Of a DNA stretch of 64,000 bases, positions 1-21,550 are shown one piece after another; positions within the stretch are counted from its first letter, which is position 1, and each line of letters starts with the position of its first letter. Below the pieces are notes generated by a model, which was not told where the DNA came from, did no database searches, and saw only the letters and a program-made list of their open reading frames with translations. The translations under genes and the position numbers were made by a program. This DNA comes from Lama guanicoe (lineage: Eukaryota): positions 4,936,724-5,000,723 of the forward strand of contig MU054338.1 in assembly GCA_013239625.1 (NCBI GenBank), in the 5' to 3' direction.

Positions 1-2281
<2,281 letters not shown>

Positions 2282-2550
2282 CACTGCTTTGGCAACATCC
2301 CACCACTTGCCATCAATTAGCCATGGAAGAGGATGGGGTGTTTGTGGGGGCAGGGGCAGTACAGGAGAGAATGACTCCATGGAGAAGCCCTGAGCAGATA
2401 CTTCTGCAGACCCTGGGGGTCACCCCACTCTGGGCAGGGAGACCATCCCAGCTTGTGCAAAGACTGGGTGGTTGGACTCCGTGTAAGGTGTTCAGGTGCA
2501 GCAACAAGTTCTCAATGATGTGGGAGGATGGACTTAATCATGCTGAACAG

Positions 2551-2745
2551 AGGCAGTGTGGTGATGGGTTGAGAATGTAAGCTCTTGGTGCTGAATGGAG
2601 AGAGTCCAAATCTTGACTCCTCCGTGTACTGGAAACAAGTCTTGGGCAAGTCATTTAACCCCTCTGAGCCTCTATTTGCTCCTCTGTAAAATGGAGACAA
2701 ATAATAGCTCTCACTATCATTAGATTGTTATAAATGAGAAATGTT
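2551..2745 (+). mobile_element. MIR SINE fragment
   Basis: MIR core-like text cttgggcaagtcatttaacccctctgagcctctatttgctcctctgtaaaatggag. Confidence 0.7.
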
Positions 2746-3505
2746 CACACTGGTCAGTGTGGGTGGCTGGGGGTCCAGAAGGGACAGCGCACCTTCTGAA
2801 GATGAAGGTAAGGAGGAGGGAGGAAGACAAGGATGTAGGAAGGCTCTTTTGATTATTGAGAGACTAGATGGCACTCAGAAGGTGCATGGAAGGGTAGATA
2901 TGCTGAGAATGGCCCAGTGATTTCCCCTATTGTGGTCAGAGGCTGTAAAGCTGAATGGTTGGTGCACTGGCTGGCTGGGCAATTAGCCTCCAGGTCACAG
3001 CTGGGTCCAGGGGCAAGTCAACAAGAGTCATTAGGATATGATCAGGTCCAAGGGGGTAGGTGTCTAGCCAGAGACAGAATGAAAAGGGTGGAAAAGAGAA
3101 TAGGATGGAGTCCTGGAGCCAGTGGATGACAGGGCTTAGAAAGCATGTCCTGGACCAGTACCTTGGACAGCACCCCATTTTGAAGGTCTTGGGGTATGGT
3201 GAGATCAGCACCAAGAAGCCAGCTCTATCTAGGATAAAATGAGCCTTGGTGGCCATGCCTGGGGACTGCCTCTGTAGGCTGTTGAGAATGTGGTTTCAGG
3301 GAATGAACATAGCTCTCTAACCCTGTAGTCAGACCCTCAAAGACCAAAGCCCCCAGTCCAATGGACCAGTGAGAGCCAATCTCAAGCCTGGCCAGGAGCC
3401 CTTTCCTCATGGGCAGCAATTCTCTGAGGCCAGCTGGTCGTTTCCTCTTCTCCTTGCTTCCACGAATGATATAATTACACTCTTCTGAATTATCTCATTC
3501 TAAAA

Positions 3506-3729
3506 CAGGATTTCTCAATCTCGGCTTCATTGGCAGTTTGGATAGGATCATTCTTCATTATTGGAGGCTGTCTTGTGCATTGTTGGACGTTTATCATCCC
3601 TGACCTTTACCCATCATATTCCAGTAGCACACTCCCTCTCTTCCACCAGTTGTGACAACCAAAAACATCTCCAGACATTGCTAAATGTCTCCTAGGGGGG
3701 AAGAGTTGCCTCTGGTTGAGAACCACTGC
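3506..3729 (+). mobile_element. MER20 (hAT-Charlie) DNA transposon, near full length
   Basis: Matches recalled MER20: ...ccagttgtgacaaccaaaaacatctccagacattgctaaatgtctcctaggggg...ggttgagaaccactg. Confidence 0.8.
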
Positions 3730-6700
3730 AATAAACCCATCCTACAATGATTCCCAGGGTAAAAATCAGGCTTTCCTGGTAAAGATGGTCTGCTTATTGA
3801 CCAGACTATGTATACAAAAAGGCTTTTCCTTTTTACCTTGCCTGCCAGGAAGCTCAGAAAGCTTGCTTTGGGTCCATGTAGCTGTAGTTGCAGGATTATG
3901 TGTGCTTCTTCCCAGTTCTAGAGGTGGTTTAAAGCAACCCAGACATCAAATGAGAAAAATGGGTAGGAGTTACAAGGAGGAAGATTTCAGCACAACAGGA
4001 AGGATTTTCTAACAATAAGATTGATCAGCACTGGGATGGGTTGCCAAGAAAGAACACAAACTTTGCTGGAAAGTTTCCAGTGCTGAGACACTACATCATG
4101 CTGTTTCTGGATGTATTTTATGGATTTATGTCTATCCTTCCTGTATCCCACTTATCCCACCTCCAAGAAAAGGCATTTCATAGGAACTACAAAAACCAAA
4201 AAGGCTTATGAAATAAGATGATAAATAATAGCATTGAACATGGGAAGACAGATGAGTTTTGAAAGGAAAATATTTTGTCAATGGTAAGCATCACCAAGCA
4301 GCAGCCTCATCTCTTTCTGTCCTTGAACAAGTGATGTCATGCTCTGACCCTCACTTTCCTCATCCATGAAATGGGGAGGGCAACAGTTCCTCCTTCATGG
4401 AGTGGTTACAAGGAGTAAATAAAATGTGCATGTACCATTCTTGGCACAGGGCCTAGCACTTGGCTGCAGCTCAATAAATAATGCCTAAATTTTGTTACTG
4501 TCTTAGGTCATTTTCTTTGCAAATAACAGAAACCAGCTCCAGCTGCTCAAGCAGAAAGGGATTTTGTTGACTTAGAAACAAGAAACTCCGTAATTAGGTC
4601 TAGCATCAAGCATGTGGTTCCCCATCAGACGCATGCTCTCTTCCTTGCTGTCTCTCAGCCTCGTGTCCCTCCAAGCAGTGGCAAAAAAGAAAAAACTGGA
4701 AGCCCAAATCCTTATCATTAAAGCCCCAAAGGAAGGGGTGGGGTGTTCCCCCCAACTCCTCACATTAGAATATATGAAACAGTCTGATTGGCTCATTTGA
4801 GTCCCCTGCCCAGCTGTGAACCAATCATGTGCCCAGAAGGATGGAATGCTGTGATTGGATGCCTGGGCGATTTGGTTCCTCCAACCTCACCAGGATCTTG
4901 GAGTCTGGAGCCCAATCTTAGTGAATCCTGTCTCCTAGCAACAGACCTGTGCCTGCCCATCCCCATAGCATCTGTCTTGCCCCAGGCTGCAATCTAGAGG
5001 GTGGAACGACTCAGCCAATAGGCTCTTCCTAATGAAGATAATTGTATATTTATAGGCAGAAGTGTTCAGTGCTCAGTGTTTGAGAGTAGGCGGAGACATC
5101 AAATGCCCACCAGTTCTCTGATAATCCCAATCTTACCTCTCACCTCATTACTAACATCCTCTTTTCACTCAGGACAGAGAATTCAGCTCTGGCAATCTCA
5201 CAAAATTGAGCAAGTGCTAGGCTCTGCTTTAAGAAGGAGTGTATAGAGGGAGCTTGTGCCTGTCTTGGAAGACTTTGCTGAAGGCTTCATGACAGCATCC
5301 ACATATCCCAGCGTCCTGATATTTTCCTCCAAAGCTACTTAAGCCAGAGTCTCGGGAGACACAAGGTTAGCGTGCCAAGAGAAAATAGGCAACAATTTAA
5401 TCAGCTATTTTTCTTCCACATAACAGAGCTCTGCTTTCCTGAGGATGCCTCTTCCATGATGCTGCCACATACATCCGGGGAGGCTGTGCACTGCACAAAT
5501 CTTGAAGCCCTGTTCACTTTATAATGAAGATATGTGTATGTGGTGGCCATGACCCTCTACCTCACCTTGGCTCAATTTCAAATTTTAAGCTATTTCCTTC
5601 AATACTTTAACCTTTCGAGGAGCTAATTTTAAATTAGTCAAGACTGTCATGGATGCAAGGGACAGAATCCCACTAGCTCAAATACCCAGGAAATTTGTTG
5701 GCTCCTGGTATTGGAAAGACAGAGCTTCTGGCTTCAGGTGTGGCTATATCCAGGAGCTCAACCACTATAGTCAGGGTTGTCTCTCCAACTCTCACCTCTG
5801 CATCCTGGTATAGACTGGCTTCAGTCTGCAGACTGTTCTTCCAGACAACCGGGGAAGGTGGTTGCAGGCTGAATGAGGCCCTATGTATGGCTCATGATCC
5901 CAGAGGAAGAATGAGACCCTCCAGCATCATGGCTTCATCCCAGACCTCATTATTGTTCAGGGGGCGGGGTTCTCTGATTGGTAAGTTTAGATCTCATGGT
6001 GCTGGGGGCTGTGTTAGACACAGGTCCATCTGGAGTAGTGAAGGGGGCTCCACAGAGGGAAGACAAGGTGCTGACAGAGATACTGGGCAGACAGAAACGA
6101 CAGCTGTCATTACAAGTATTATTTGTAATGGGATCAGCCAGGAGGCGGCAGGATGAGGAACCAGCGGCATAATCCAATTGCGATCTCAAGTCTCTCAGCT
6201 GAGAGCTTTTCCACAGAGAGGTGGCAAGCAGGTCCCAGGCCAGAAGTCCAGCACAGATCTAGAAGGTTCGGGAAGGAAGAGCAAAGACTCCTGGAGGCCT
6301 CATTTGCTTGAGGCTGCATTCAAGGTTAGGTGGTTTGAAAACTCACCAGCCAAAGACCATTGGACACTAAACTGTAGTCAAAAAAAAAAATTTTTTTTTT
6401 TGCTTGCTCCAGCAAGGAAGACCCCACAGGGGGAAGAGTCACTGGGGGACAGGAGGGCATCTTATTAGATTCCGGCTTGAGCTGGGTAGTTTTAAGGAGA
6501 GTTGAGGCGAGTACAAGCAACCCTAGCCTAGTGCTGGCAGGAAGTAGGGGGCAGGTCTGTGACGGGGTATTGGTGCTTTTTATCTCAGAGGTGGGAGGAT
6601 GGACCCGGGGCTGTCATTGGGAAGAAGCAGCAGTCATCATCAGAGAAGGATGTGTATTCATTTTTGTGGCTGCAAACTGTCCTTGTCTCTATCTCGGCTC

Positions 6701-7289
6701 AGACGCGGTCACAGAGTGGCCTTGTGTGATGATTGTTTATATTCTGTGACCGTTGTTTATGTTCAGTGAAGAACATCCCGGCCCAGCTGCCAGCTGCGGG
6801 GGCTGCGTTTCACTCCCTCTTGACAGGGATCTGTGTCTCCAGGTAAAGTTCGCCCAGAGTGCTCCCCAGGCCTGGCCCTGGCCTCTCCAGAGGGAGTACC
6901 AGGCACGGGGAGTCTGCTGGCGACAGCACTGCGCCACTGGGTAGGAGGAGGGAAACATTCGGTGTCCCCAGCTCTTTTCCTTGGAGGAGGAGTCTTATGG
7001 GGAAACAAAGGCTGGACTGAGCAAAGATACACAAGTCTGAAAATTCTGAGTCTTGGCTTTGCCGAAGTGCACTGCCAATCTGCAAGAGAGAGATAGAACG
7101 TTTGGTGTTTCTGGAACAGAGATGGAGTCAGAGACATGGGAGGGAGGCAGAGACGAGGGGAGAGAGAGGAAACCGGACAAGGCAGAGACAGAAGGACAGA
7201 GGCAGAAAAGGGACAGGAAGAGAGGCAAAGATTGAAACGGAGGGAAACACACAGAGGGATGAAGGGACAGACAGAGAGAGGCAGGGGCG

Positions 7290-8000
7290 CAGAGGGACGG
7301 AGAGGGGCTGAGAGAGTCGCAGAGCGGGAGAGGCCGCGGCGGGGACAGCGCGGGCGGCGCGCGGCGCAGACAAAGGCGCGGCCGCGCGGCCAGGTGGCCG
7401 GGCCGGGACAAAGGCTAGCCCGGGGGGCGGGGGCAGCGATGGCGACGGCCGAGGCGGGCGCGGGCGAACTACAAGTCCCAGCAGCTCCCGCTGCGGCCCG
7501 CGGCCGGCCCCTCTCGCTCCCCGGGAGCGCCTGGCAGGGGCGCTGGGCCGAGGGGGCCGCCGGCGGGGCTGGCGGGCGGGGGGCTTCCTGCGGGCCCCGG
7601 GGGCGCCGGCGNNNNNNNNNNNNNNNNNNNNNNNNNNNNNNNNNNNNNNNNNNNNNNNNNNNNNNNNNNNNNNNNNNNNNNNNNNNNNNNNNNNNNNNNN
7701 NNNNNNGGGGCGGGCGGGGATACCCCCGCGGCGCGGGGCGCGGCCCGGAGCGACCTCGGTCCATACCCCCTCGCCCCGCGCTGCGCCCGCCCCGGCCCAG
7801 GAGAGCGGGGCCGCGGGAGCAATGCGGGGCGCCGCGCGACCCGCGGGCCTAGCGCGCCCGTTCCGCCTCTGCGGACCCGGGGGAGGGCCCGGCCCGAGCT
7901 GGGCGCCGTCCATCGGGAGGTATGGGGGGCACCCCTCAGCTGGGCGGGCGGGAGTTCAGGAGCCCCCTCCCCTGGAGGCGATCCGGGCCCCCGCCCCGCC
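7290..8000 (+). promoter_or_regulatory. CpG island / ZNF358 promoter and non-coding first exon region
   Basis: Very high GC and CpG density, GC boxes, a ZNF143-type motif ACTACAAGTCCCAGCAGC at 7468-7485, and a candidate donor AG|GTATGG at 7920. Interrupted by the N gap. Confidence 0.8.
7612..7706. other. Assembly gap (95 N)
   Basis: Run of N inside the CpG island. Confidence 1.
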
Positions 8001-9740
8001 AGGAACCCAGGAAGGGCCCCAGGTATTGTTCTCCCCACTCTCCAGCCTGGGGTCGGGAGTTCAGGAGGCTCTTCCTCAAAAGGGGCATCCAGGGGTTCCC
8101 TCTGACCCCCAGGATCCCAGGTCTTGTTCCCCTCACTCTCCAGTCTTGGAGTCTAGAGTTATGGAAGCCCCTTACCCGTGAGGTGATCCAGGCATCCACC
8201 TTCCCCCCAGAAATTCAGGAAGGACCCCAGTTATTTCTCCTCCTGGCTTCCAGCTCAGAGATGGAAATTCAGGAGCCAATTTAAGGGACCCTCTGTCCCC
8301 CAACCCCTGGGAAATCCAGTAGGGGAGCCAACATCACCCCACCACCCTTCAAAGTGGAATCTGGGTTGAGGAGGTGATCTAGGAACTCAGCCCTCTCTGT
8401 TTGCATCCCCCTACCCGGCTCTGGGGTTGTGGCTCAGGATGTCCCCCTCCCCAGAAGGAAAGCCAGAAGTCCCCCTGCCTCCCAGGAACAGATCTGTTGT
8501 TTGCCCCCCAACCCCCTGCCAGTGTCTAGTCAGGGGGTGAGTAGCTCTAGACATCACCCCACTACAGGGAATTCTCCGCCTGCTCCCCAGAAGGGATCCC
8601 AGCTATTGTTTGTCCATCCCCCTCCCTACCACCAGCCATGGAGCTGGAATTCAGGATCTAGAATTCTCCCACAAAGGTACCAAAGTCTCCTGACACCCAT
8701 CCCCATCTACCTCAGCCATGGGGTCAACCATCCAGGAATACTCTCTTCCTAGGAGATGGCCCAGGTGTCCCCCCAGTAACCCAAGAGAAGCCAGAGGTAC
8801 TTTTTGCCGACCTTCCAGTTAGGAGTCAGAATTCAGACTCTTCTATCTAATTGGGCAAACATGTATATGGACACCTGTCCTTACCCTCCTGGCTAATGAG
8901 TCCATGGGTCTCCCTGCTCCCTCCAGAGGTCCCACGTATTACATCATCATCCTCACTCTAGTTGTAGAACTCAGCGGTCAGCGTCTTCCATCTAAGACAG
9001 AACCCAGGTGTTTGGACACTTAGTCCTATCGCAGAATTGTGAGGCTCGGGATTCAGGTTGTCACCTCCCTGGGAAGCGAGCCAAGGTCTCCCTCCCCTCC
9101 CCCAGTCACCCAGGAGGAGGACCAGATGTTGTTTGCCCCCCTCCCCCCCAGATCGAGGCTTCAGAGGTCAGGATGTTTCCACTCTAGGAAGTGAGCCAGA
9201 GGTCACCCTCCCTACCAGGGACCCCCAAATATGTCACCCTCAACCATGGGATTCAGGCCATGTACTTAGTGACAAGCACAGGATCCCAGATACCCACGCT
9301 CTTCCCATGAAGGGGCCATGGTCCAGGGGACAGGCATCCAGGACTCTCTCTCCTCCACAGGACCCAAGCTTCCCAGGAGAGGAGGAACCCAGGATGGAGA
9401 GAGGGGCAGAGCCATGGAGCTGGGTACTGGGGACCTCTAGTGCTGGGTCCCATGACTTCCATCCAGGTGTGGGGCTGAGTAAGGAGGGGCCCCTCATGTC
9501 CCATTAGGGTCCCTCTTCTCCCTGCCCTGGTAGGGGCAAATGGAAAGTCTCCCTCAGTACAAGACAAGAGAAGAAATCATGTGTGTGTCCTGGAGTGGGA
9601 TCTGGGGCGTGGCCTGGTCCCCTCTCCCTTCCCTGCCCAGGCTCCAAAAGAACCCCTATTCCGCGAACCTACCTCCACCCACCCTCTGTCCTCATCCTGC
9701 AGACCCTGCTCCCGAAGCGGCTGGCACTTCCACACCAGGG

Positions 9741-11444
9741 ATGCGGCGCTCCGTCCTGGTCAGGAACCCAGGCCACAAAGGACTGAGGCCCTCTTACGAA
9801 GAGCTTGACTCCGACTCAGAAGACCTAGACCCCAACCCAGAAGAGCTAGACCCAGTTTCTGAAAAGCCAGAGCCTGACCCGGAAGACCTCAACACTGTCT
9901 CTGAAGATGTGGACCCCAGCTATGAAGATCTGGAGCCTGTCTCCGAGGATCTGGACCCGGATGTGGAAGCTCCGAGCTCCATCTCGGGGACCCGTGACTT
10001 GGATCCCCAAGATCTTGACCCCATGTCTTCAAGTTTTGACGACCCAGACGTCATCGGCCCCGTTCCCCTGGTTCTTGACCCTGACAGCGACACCCTCAGT
10101 CCGGCTGCTGCTCCAGACCTGGATCCCCTCTCGTCCGACCTCACTGCCACCCCCGAGGTCCTGGCCACCAGCCCAGCGGTGCTCCCCGCACCTGCCAGCC
10201 CGCCCCGGCCCTTCTCCTGCCCCGATTGCGGGCGAGCCTTCCGCCGCAGCTCGGGGCTGAGCCAGCACCGCCGCACCCACAGTGGCGAGAAGCCGTACCG
10301 CTGCCCCGACTGCGGCAAGTCGTTCAGCCACGGCGCCACGCTGGCCCAGCACCGCGGCATCCACACGGGCGCACGGCCCTACCAGTGCGCGGCGTGCGGC
10401 AAGGCCTTCGGCTGGCGCTCCACGCTGCTGAAGCACCGCAGCAGCCACAGCGGCGAGAAGCCGCACCACTGCCCGGTGTGCGGCAAAGCCTTCGGGCACG
10501 GCTCGCTGCTGGCGCAGCACCTGCGCACGCACGGCGGCCCGCGGCCCCACAAGTGCCCAGTGTGCGCCAAGGGCTTCGGGCAGGGATCGGCGCTCCTGAA
10601 GCACCTGCGCACGCACACGGGCGAGCGGCCCTACCCGTGCCCGCAGTGCGGCAAGGCCTTTGGCCAGAGCTCGGCGCTGCTACAGCACCAGCGCACGCAC
10701 ACGGCTGAGCGCCCGTACCGCTGTCCCCACTGCGGCAAGGCCTTCGGCCAGAGCTCCAACCTGCAGCACCACCTGCGCATCCACACGGGCGAGCGGCCCT
10801 ACGCCTGTCCCCATTGCTCCAAGGCCTTTGGGCAGAGCTCGGCGCTCCTGCAGCATCTGCATGTGCATTCGGGCGAGCGCCCCTACCGCTGCCAGCTCTG
10901 CGGCAAGGCGTTCGGCCAAGCCTCCAGCCTCACCAAGCACAAGCGGGTGCATGAGGGCGCGGCCGCTGCCGCGGCTGCAGCTGCGGCTGCTGCCGCCGGC
11001 CTGGGCCTCAGCCCTGCTTCCATGTTGAGGCCGGGGCAGGTCTCCCTCCTGGGTCCTGATGCAGTCTCTGTGCTTGGCTCTGGCCTGAGCCTCAGCCCGG
11101 GCCCCAGCTCTGGCCTTGGCCCTGACCCTGGCTCTGTACTGGGCTCCCTCCCCAATCCCAACCCCCAAACCATCCCTGGCTCTAGATCTACCCCCACCCC
11201 TGATTCTGTCAAATCTTCTGACCCTGAGCCTGGGCACGAAACCAATTCTGACCTTGCGGCCAGCCCTGACCACGGATCTGGTCCCAGCCCCGACCCGGAT
11301 ACTGTGCCCAGCCCTGACCCCAACTCTGAGTCCCACCCTGAGCCTGGCTCTCCCACCCGTGACACCGTCAGCCCAGTCCTCCCTACTGGCGATAGTCCCA
11401 AGTGGGTGCAGGAGCAAGGGGCACTGCTGGGACCGGATGGCTGA
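9741..11444 (+). CDS. ZNF358: Zinc finger protein 358 (567 aa; acidic EDLDP repeats, 9 C2H2 fingers, 13-Ala tract, Pro/Ser/Asp-rich tail)
   Basis: ATG at 9741 ([17 protein letters not shown]) follows the acceptor ctcatcctgcag (exon starts 9703). Nine CxxC-x12-HxxxH fingers with TGEKP/TGERP-type linkers. Ends [10 protein letters not shown]. Lies directly upstream of MCOLN1. Confidence 0.95.
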   Translation: MRRSVLVRNPGHKGLRPSYEELDSDSEDLDPNPEELDPVSEKPEPDPEDLNTVSEDVDPSYEDLEPVSEDLDPDVEAPSSISGTRDLDPQDLDPMSSSFDDPDVIGPVPLVLDPDSDTLSPAAAPDLDPLSSDLTATPEVLATSPAVLPAPASPPRPFSCPDCGRAFRRSSGLSQHRRTHSGEKPYRCPDCGKSFSHGATLAQHRGIHTGARPYQCAACGKAFGWRSTLLKHRSSHSGEKPHHCPVCGKAFGHGSLLAQHLRTHGGPRPHKCPVCAKGFGQGSALLKHLRTHTGERPYPCPQCGKAFGQSSALLQHQRTHTAERPYRCPHCGKAFGQSSNLQHHLRIHTGERPYACPHCSKAFGQSSALLQHLHVHSGERPYRCQLCGKAFGQASSLTKHKRVHEGAAAAAAAAAAAAAGLGLSPASMLRPGQVSLLGPDAVSVLGSGLSLSPGPSSGLGPDPGSVLGSLPNPNPQTIPGSRSTPTPDSVKSSDPEPGHETNSDLAASPDHGSGPSPDPDTVPSPDPNSESHPEPGSPTRDTVSPVLPTGDSPKWVQEQGALLGPDG

Positions 11445-12060
11445 CGGGCAGGCTGGCACCCACAGGGGCCTGGGAAACTTGTGTGTTGTGCAGTTAGTAA
11501 AATCCTCCCACTGCCTCCTGGCTCTGTGTCGTGGTTCTCCTGTTGCTCTTTTTTCTCCAATGCACAGCCTCTTCCTCGGGAGATGGGAAGGTATGGCCTG
11601 AGCCAGACATCCCTCTGGAACCTCAGTGTCCTCACTTCCCCCATGACCTCCTCCAGACTTGCCAGCTTCCCCGACTGGGTCTCACTCCAGTCCATTCCAG
11701 CAGTCACCACTCTCTGCTCCCCTAGACCTGGTCACCCCAGTCAAGGACAGACTCACCCTGCAGGTGGTCTAAGCAGAATCCTTTTCTTTTGGACTTGGCT
11801 TTTCCATGAATGTTGGAACGTCTGGCATGTTGACAGTCTAGTGGGCTGATAATGGAGGCTGAAACGAAACCATGTGGGCTGCCCTGCCCCATCTGCTCCC
11901 CTAACTTACCCCTAGCCCTTAAAATCCCACATTATAGGTACCCCATGGGACAAAGGAGGTGGCTCATTTATGCATTCAGCAAACATCTGTTGATGGCTTA
12001 GTCTCAGCAGGGAGCAAGGTAAGCATGGCCTTGGCCTTCATGGAGTTCAGAAACATTTGT

Positions 12061-12210
12061 GGGGAGGGTCTACCTCAGTGGTAGAGCACATGCTAAGCAC
12101 GCACAAGGTCCTGGCTTCAATTTCCAGTACCTCCATTAAAAAATAAAATTAAACAAATAAACAAACAAACCTAATTACCCTTCCCCCCAAAATTAAAAAA
12201 AAAATTTAAA
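12061..12210 (+). mobile_element. tRNA-derived SINE (Vic-1-like, camelid)
   Basis: ggggaggg..ctcagtggtagagcacatgctaagcacgcacaaggtcctggcttcaatttccagtacctcc, then an A-rich tail with cctaattaccc. A and B boxes visible. Confidence 0.8.
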
Positions 12211-13463
12211 AAGTAATTACAGAGTATGGTACATTCAAGAAGAAGTAAAACAAGACTTCTAATTTAGACAGGGGACAGCTTTCCCGAGAAAGGGCTTTAT
12301 AAGTCCCTATAACCAATAATTTAATCATCAGTACTGTTTGCCCAGAACTGTGTTATGGTCTTGCATTTTCTCATTTAATTCTCTCAACAGTCCCATGAGG
12401 AAGGTAATTATGACTGAGCATCCCATTTTGCACAGGAGGAAACTGAGGCACATAGCATTCAAAGGACGTTTTGGAAGACACAGAAGTGATTGGGAGCGTC
12501 TAGATTTAAACCCCAATTTTCTGCACTCCAAAGACTGTATTGTTAATGTTTATGCTCTAGGGTAAGAAAATGCAAAGGCCCTGGGGCCACTGAGAGATGC
12601 GTTAGGGGAGGAGGTGAGGGGGAGGCCTGAACAGAAGGCCTTAGTAGACTGAAGTAGGGAGTTTGCTTGTCATCCCAGAGAAATGGGAAGCCTCTGGTAG
12701 GTTCTGACAGAGAACTGATGTGAATTATTTTTTGAAAACACTTCTGGCTGCTGGGTGGAGAGTGGGATGGGGTGGGGGGAACCAGGCATGGAAGCCTGAG
12801 CTCAGGGAGGTTGTTGCAGTGGTCCAGGCCAGGAATGTTGGGGGACGCCAGGCTGATAGCCATAGGAGTGAGGAAAAGCGTTCCTACTTGGGAGATAATT
12901 AGGAAATGAAGTAGAATTTGATGATAGTTCAGATGAGACGCAGAAGCGGAAGGGGTTGAGAAGGGGTTGAGAGTAACACAGGGTTTCTGGGAGGATGGAG
13001 CCAGCAGATAGAATTTGAGATACAATGTAGGATCATCACCTGATCCCCCAGAGGGTAAGGAGTCAAGTACTGGACATAGAAGTCAAGAGGTTGGTACTGG
13101 ACGCGGGCATGACAGAGCCATGACCGAGCCAGGCCTACGTTGGCGCGCTCACAGCCTGCCCATCCCCCAGCAAATTCCCACCTGTCGGCACTAGGACCTC
13201 GCGACCGCCTGGGCGCTGCAAGTCGCCAGTTGAGGCACGCATGCGCGCTGCTCCGGCAGGGGTCGTCGTGGCGCAGAGGGCGGGACCGGATCCCGTCACC
13301 TGGCTCTCGGGCCGCCCTGGTCACATGACTGGGGCGCGAGTCAGCTGATACGGGAGGGTTTGAAGCTGCACCGCGAGGGAGAGAGGCCGCAGTGACAGCG
13401 GTGGGCGTTCGGACCCCGGCTGCCCCGCAGCGCCCGCCGGCGTCCGGCGCTCCCCGCCCCGGC

Positions 13464-20935
<7,472 letters not shown>

Positions 20936-21096
20936 CTCGGACCTGGATAGCCACCGGACGTCAGCCCCCGGACTGCGGAGACCCATGCTTATTTATTTTT
21001 AGGGTTTGCTTTGAAAGACCGGCTCCCTGCTGCGCCCTGTGCGGGCCTGGGCCAGTCGGGTTGGACACGAGTGGGGCAGGGGTAGGGTGGGTGTTA

Positions 21097-21114
21097 AATA
21101 AACGGGAAAATAAA
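21097..21114 (+). terminator. MCOLN1 polyadenylation signals (two AATAAA)
   Basis: AATAAA at 21097-21102 and 21109-21114, about 160 nt after the stop. Confidence 0.8.
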
Positions 21115-21149
21115 TGTGTTCTCATTTCTAGCGGGAGGGGTAGTCCCTG

Positions 21150-21550
21150 CGCCAACTGGCTTTCGGTCCCTTTAAAGCGTCGCCACACTTAGCGTGGCGG
21201 ACTCCGCGAGACCGTCCAGTCATGGCGGGGGGCGGGGCTGTGGCGTGCCCTGCCGTGAATAATTTAAAGGGGCCGCGCCTGCGGCAATGGGCTGAACGCT
21301 AGCGGAGTTGGCGCAGTGTGGACCCTGGCTGCGGGCCCCTGGGTGAGTCTGGGTTTCCTTCGCGCCCGCAGAGGCGGTCGTTCAAGGGTCATTAGCGAGC
21401 CCTTGGCTTTACAAGATCTGCCCTCCGCCGATTCCCGGTAGCTCTCGACTTGGACGCTTCCATCTCCCCAGCTCCCGGCAGGTGTTTTCGCACCGGTATC
21501 CAGGTGCGGCCGAAGGTAGAAGGGGACTAGTCCCCCGCGGGTTTTCTAGG
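21150..21550 (+). promoter_or_regulatory. CpG-rich distal PNPLA6 promoter with probable non-coding first exon (donor at 21343)
   Basis: CpG-rich, GC boxes (ggcggggggcgggg), AT-rich aataatttaaa near 21258-21268, and a strong donor GG|GTGAGT at 21343. Confidence 0.55.

Noticed and set aside
6763..8284. Long ORFs of 190-333 aa on both strands across the CpG island
   Set aside because: GC-rich, stop-poor, low-complexity sequence spanning the N gap; no recognisable domain.
9540..9740. 67-aa N-terminal extension in the 634-aa ZNF358 ORF call
   Set aside because: The ATG at 9540 is intronic, upstream of the acceptor at 9701-9702; the recognisable protein starts at 9741.
9920..11710. Antisense ORFs of 148-275 aa over ZNF358
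   Set aside because: Shadow frames of a GC-rich, codon-biased CDS.
12061..12135. tRNA-like sequences (also 24068, 47560, 51812, 57108 and others)
   Set aside because: These are SINE heads with A-rich tails and TSDs, not tRNA genes.
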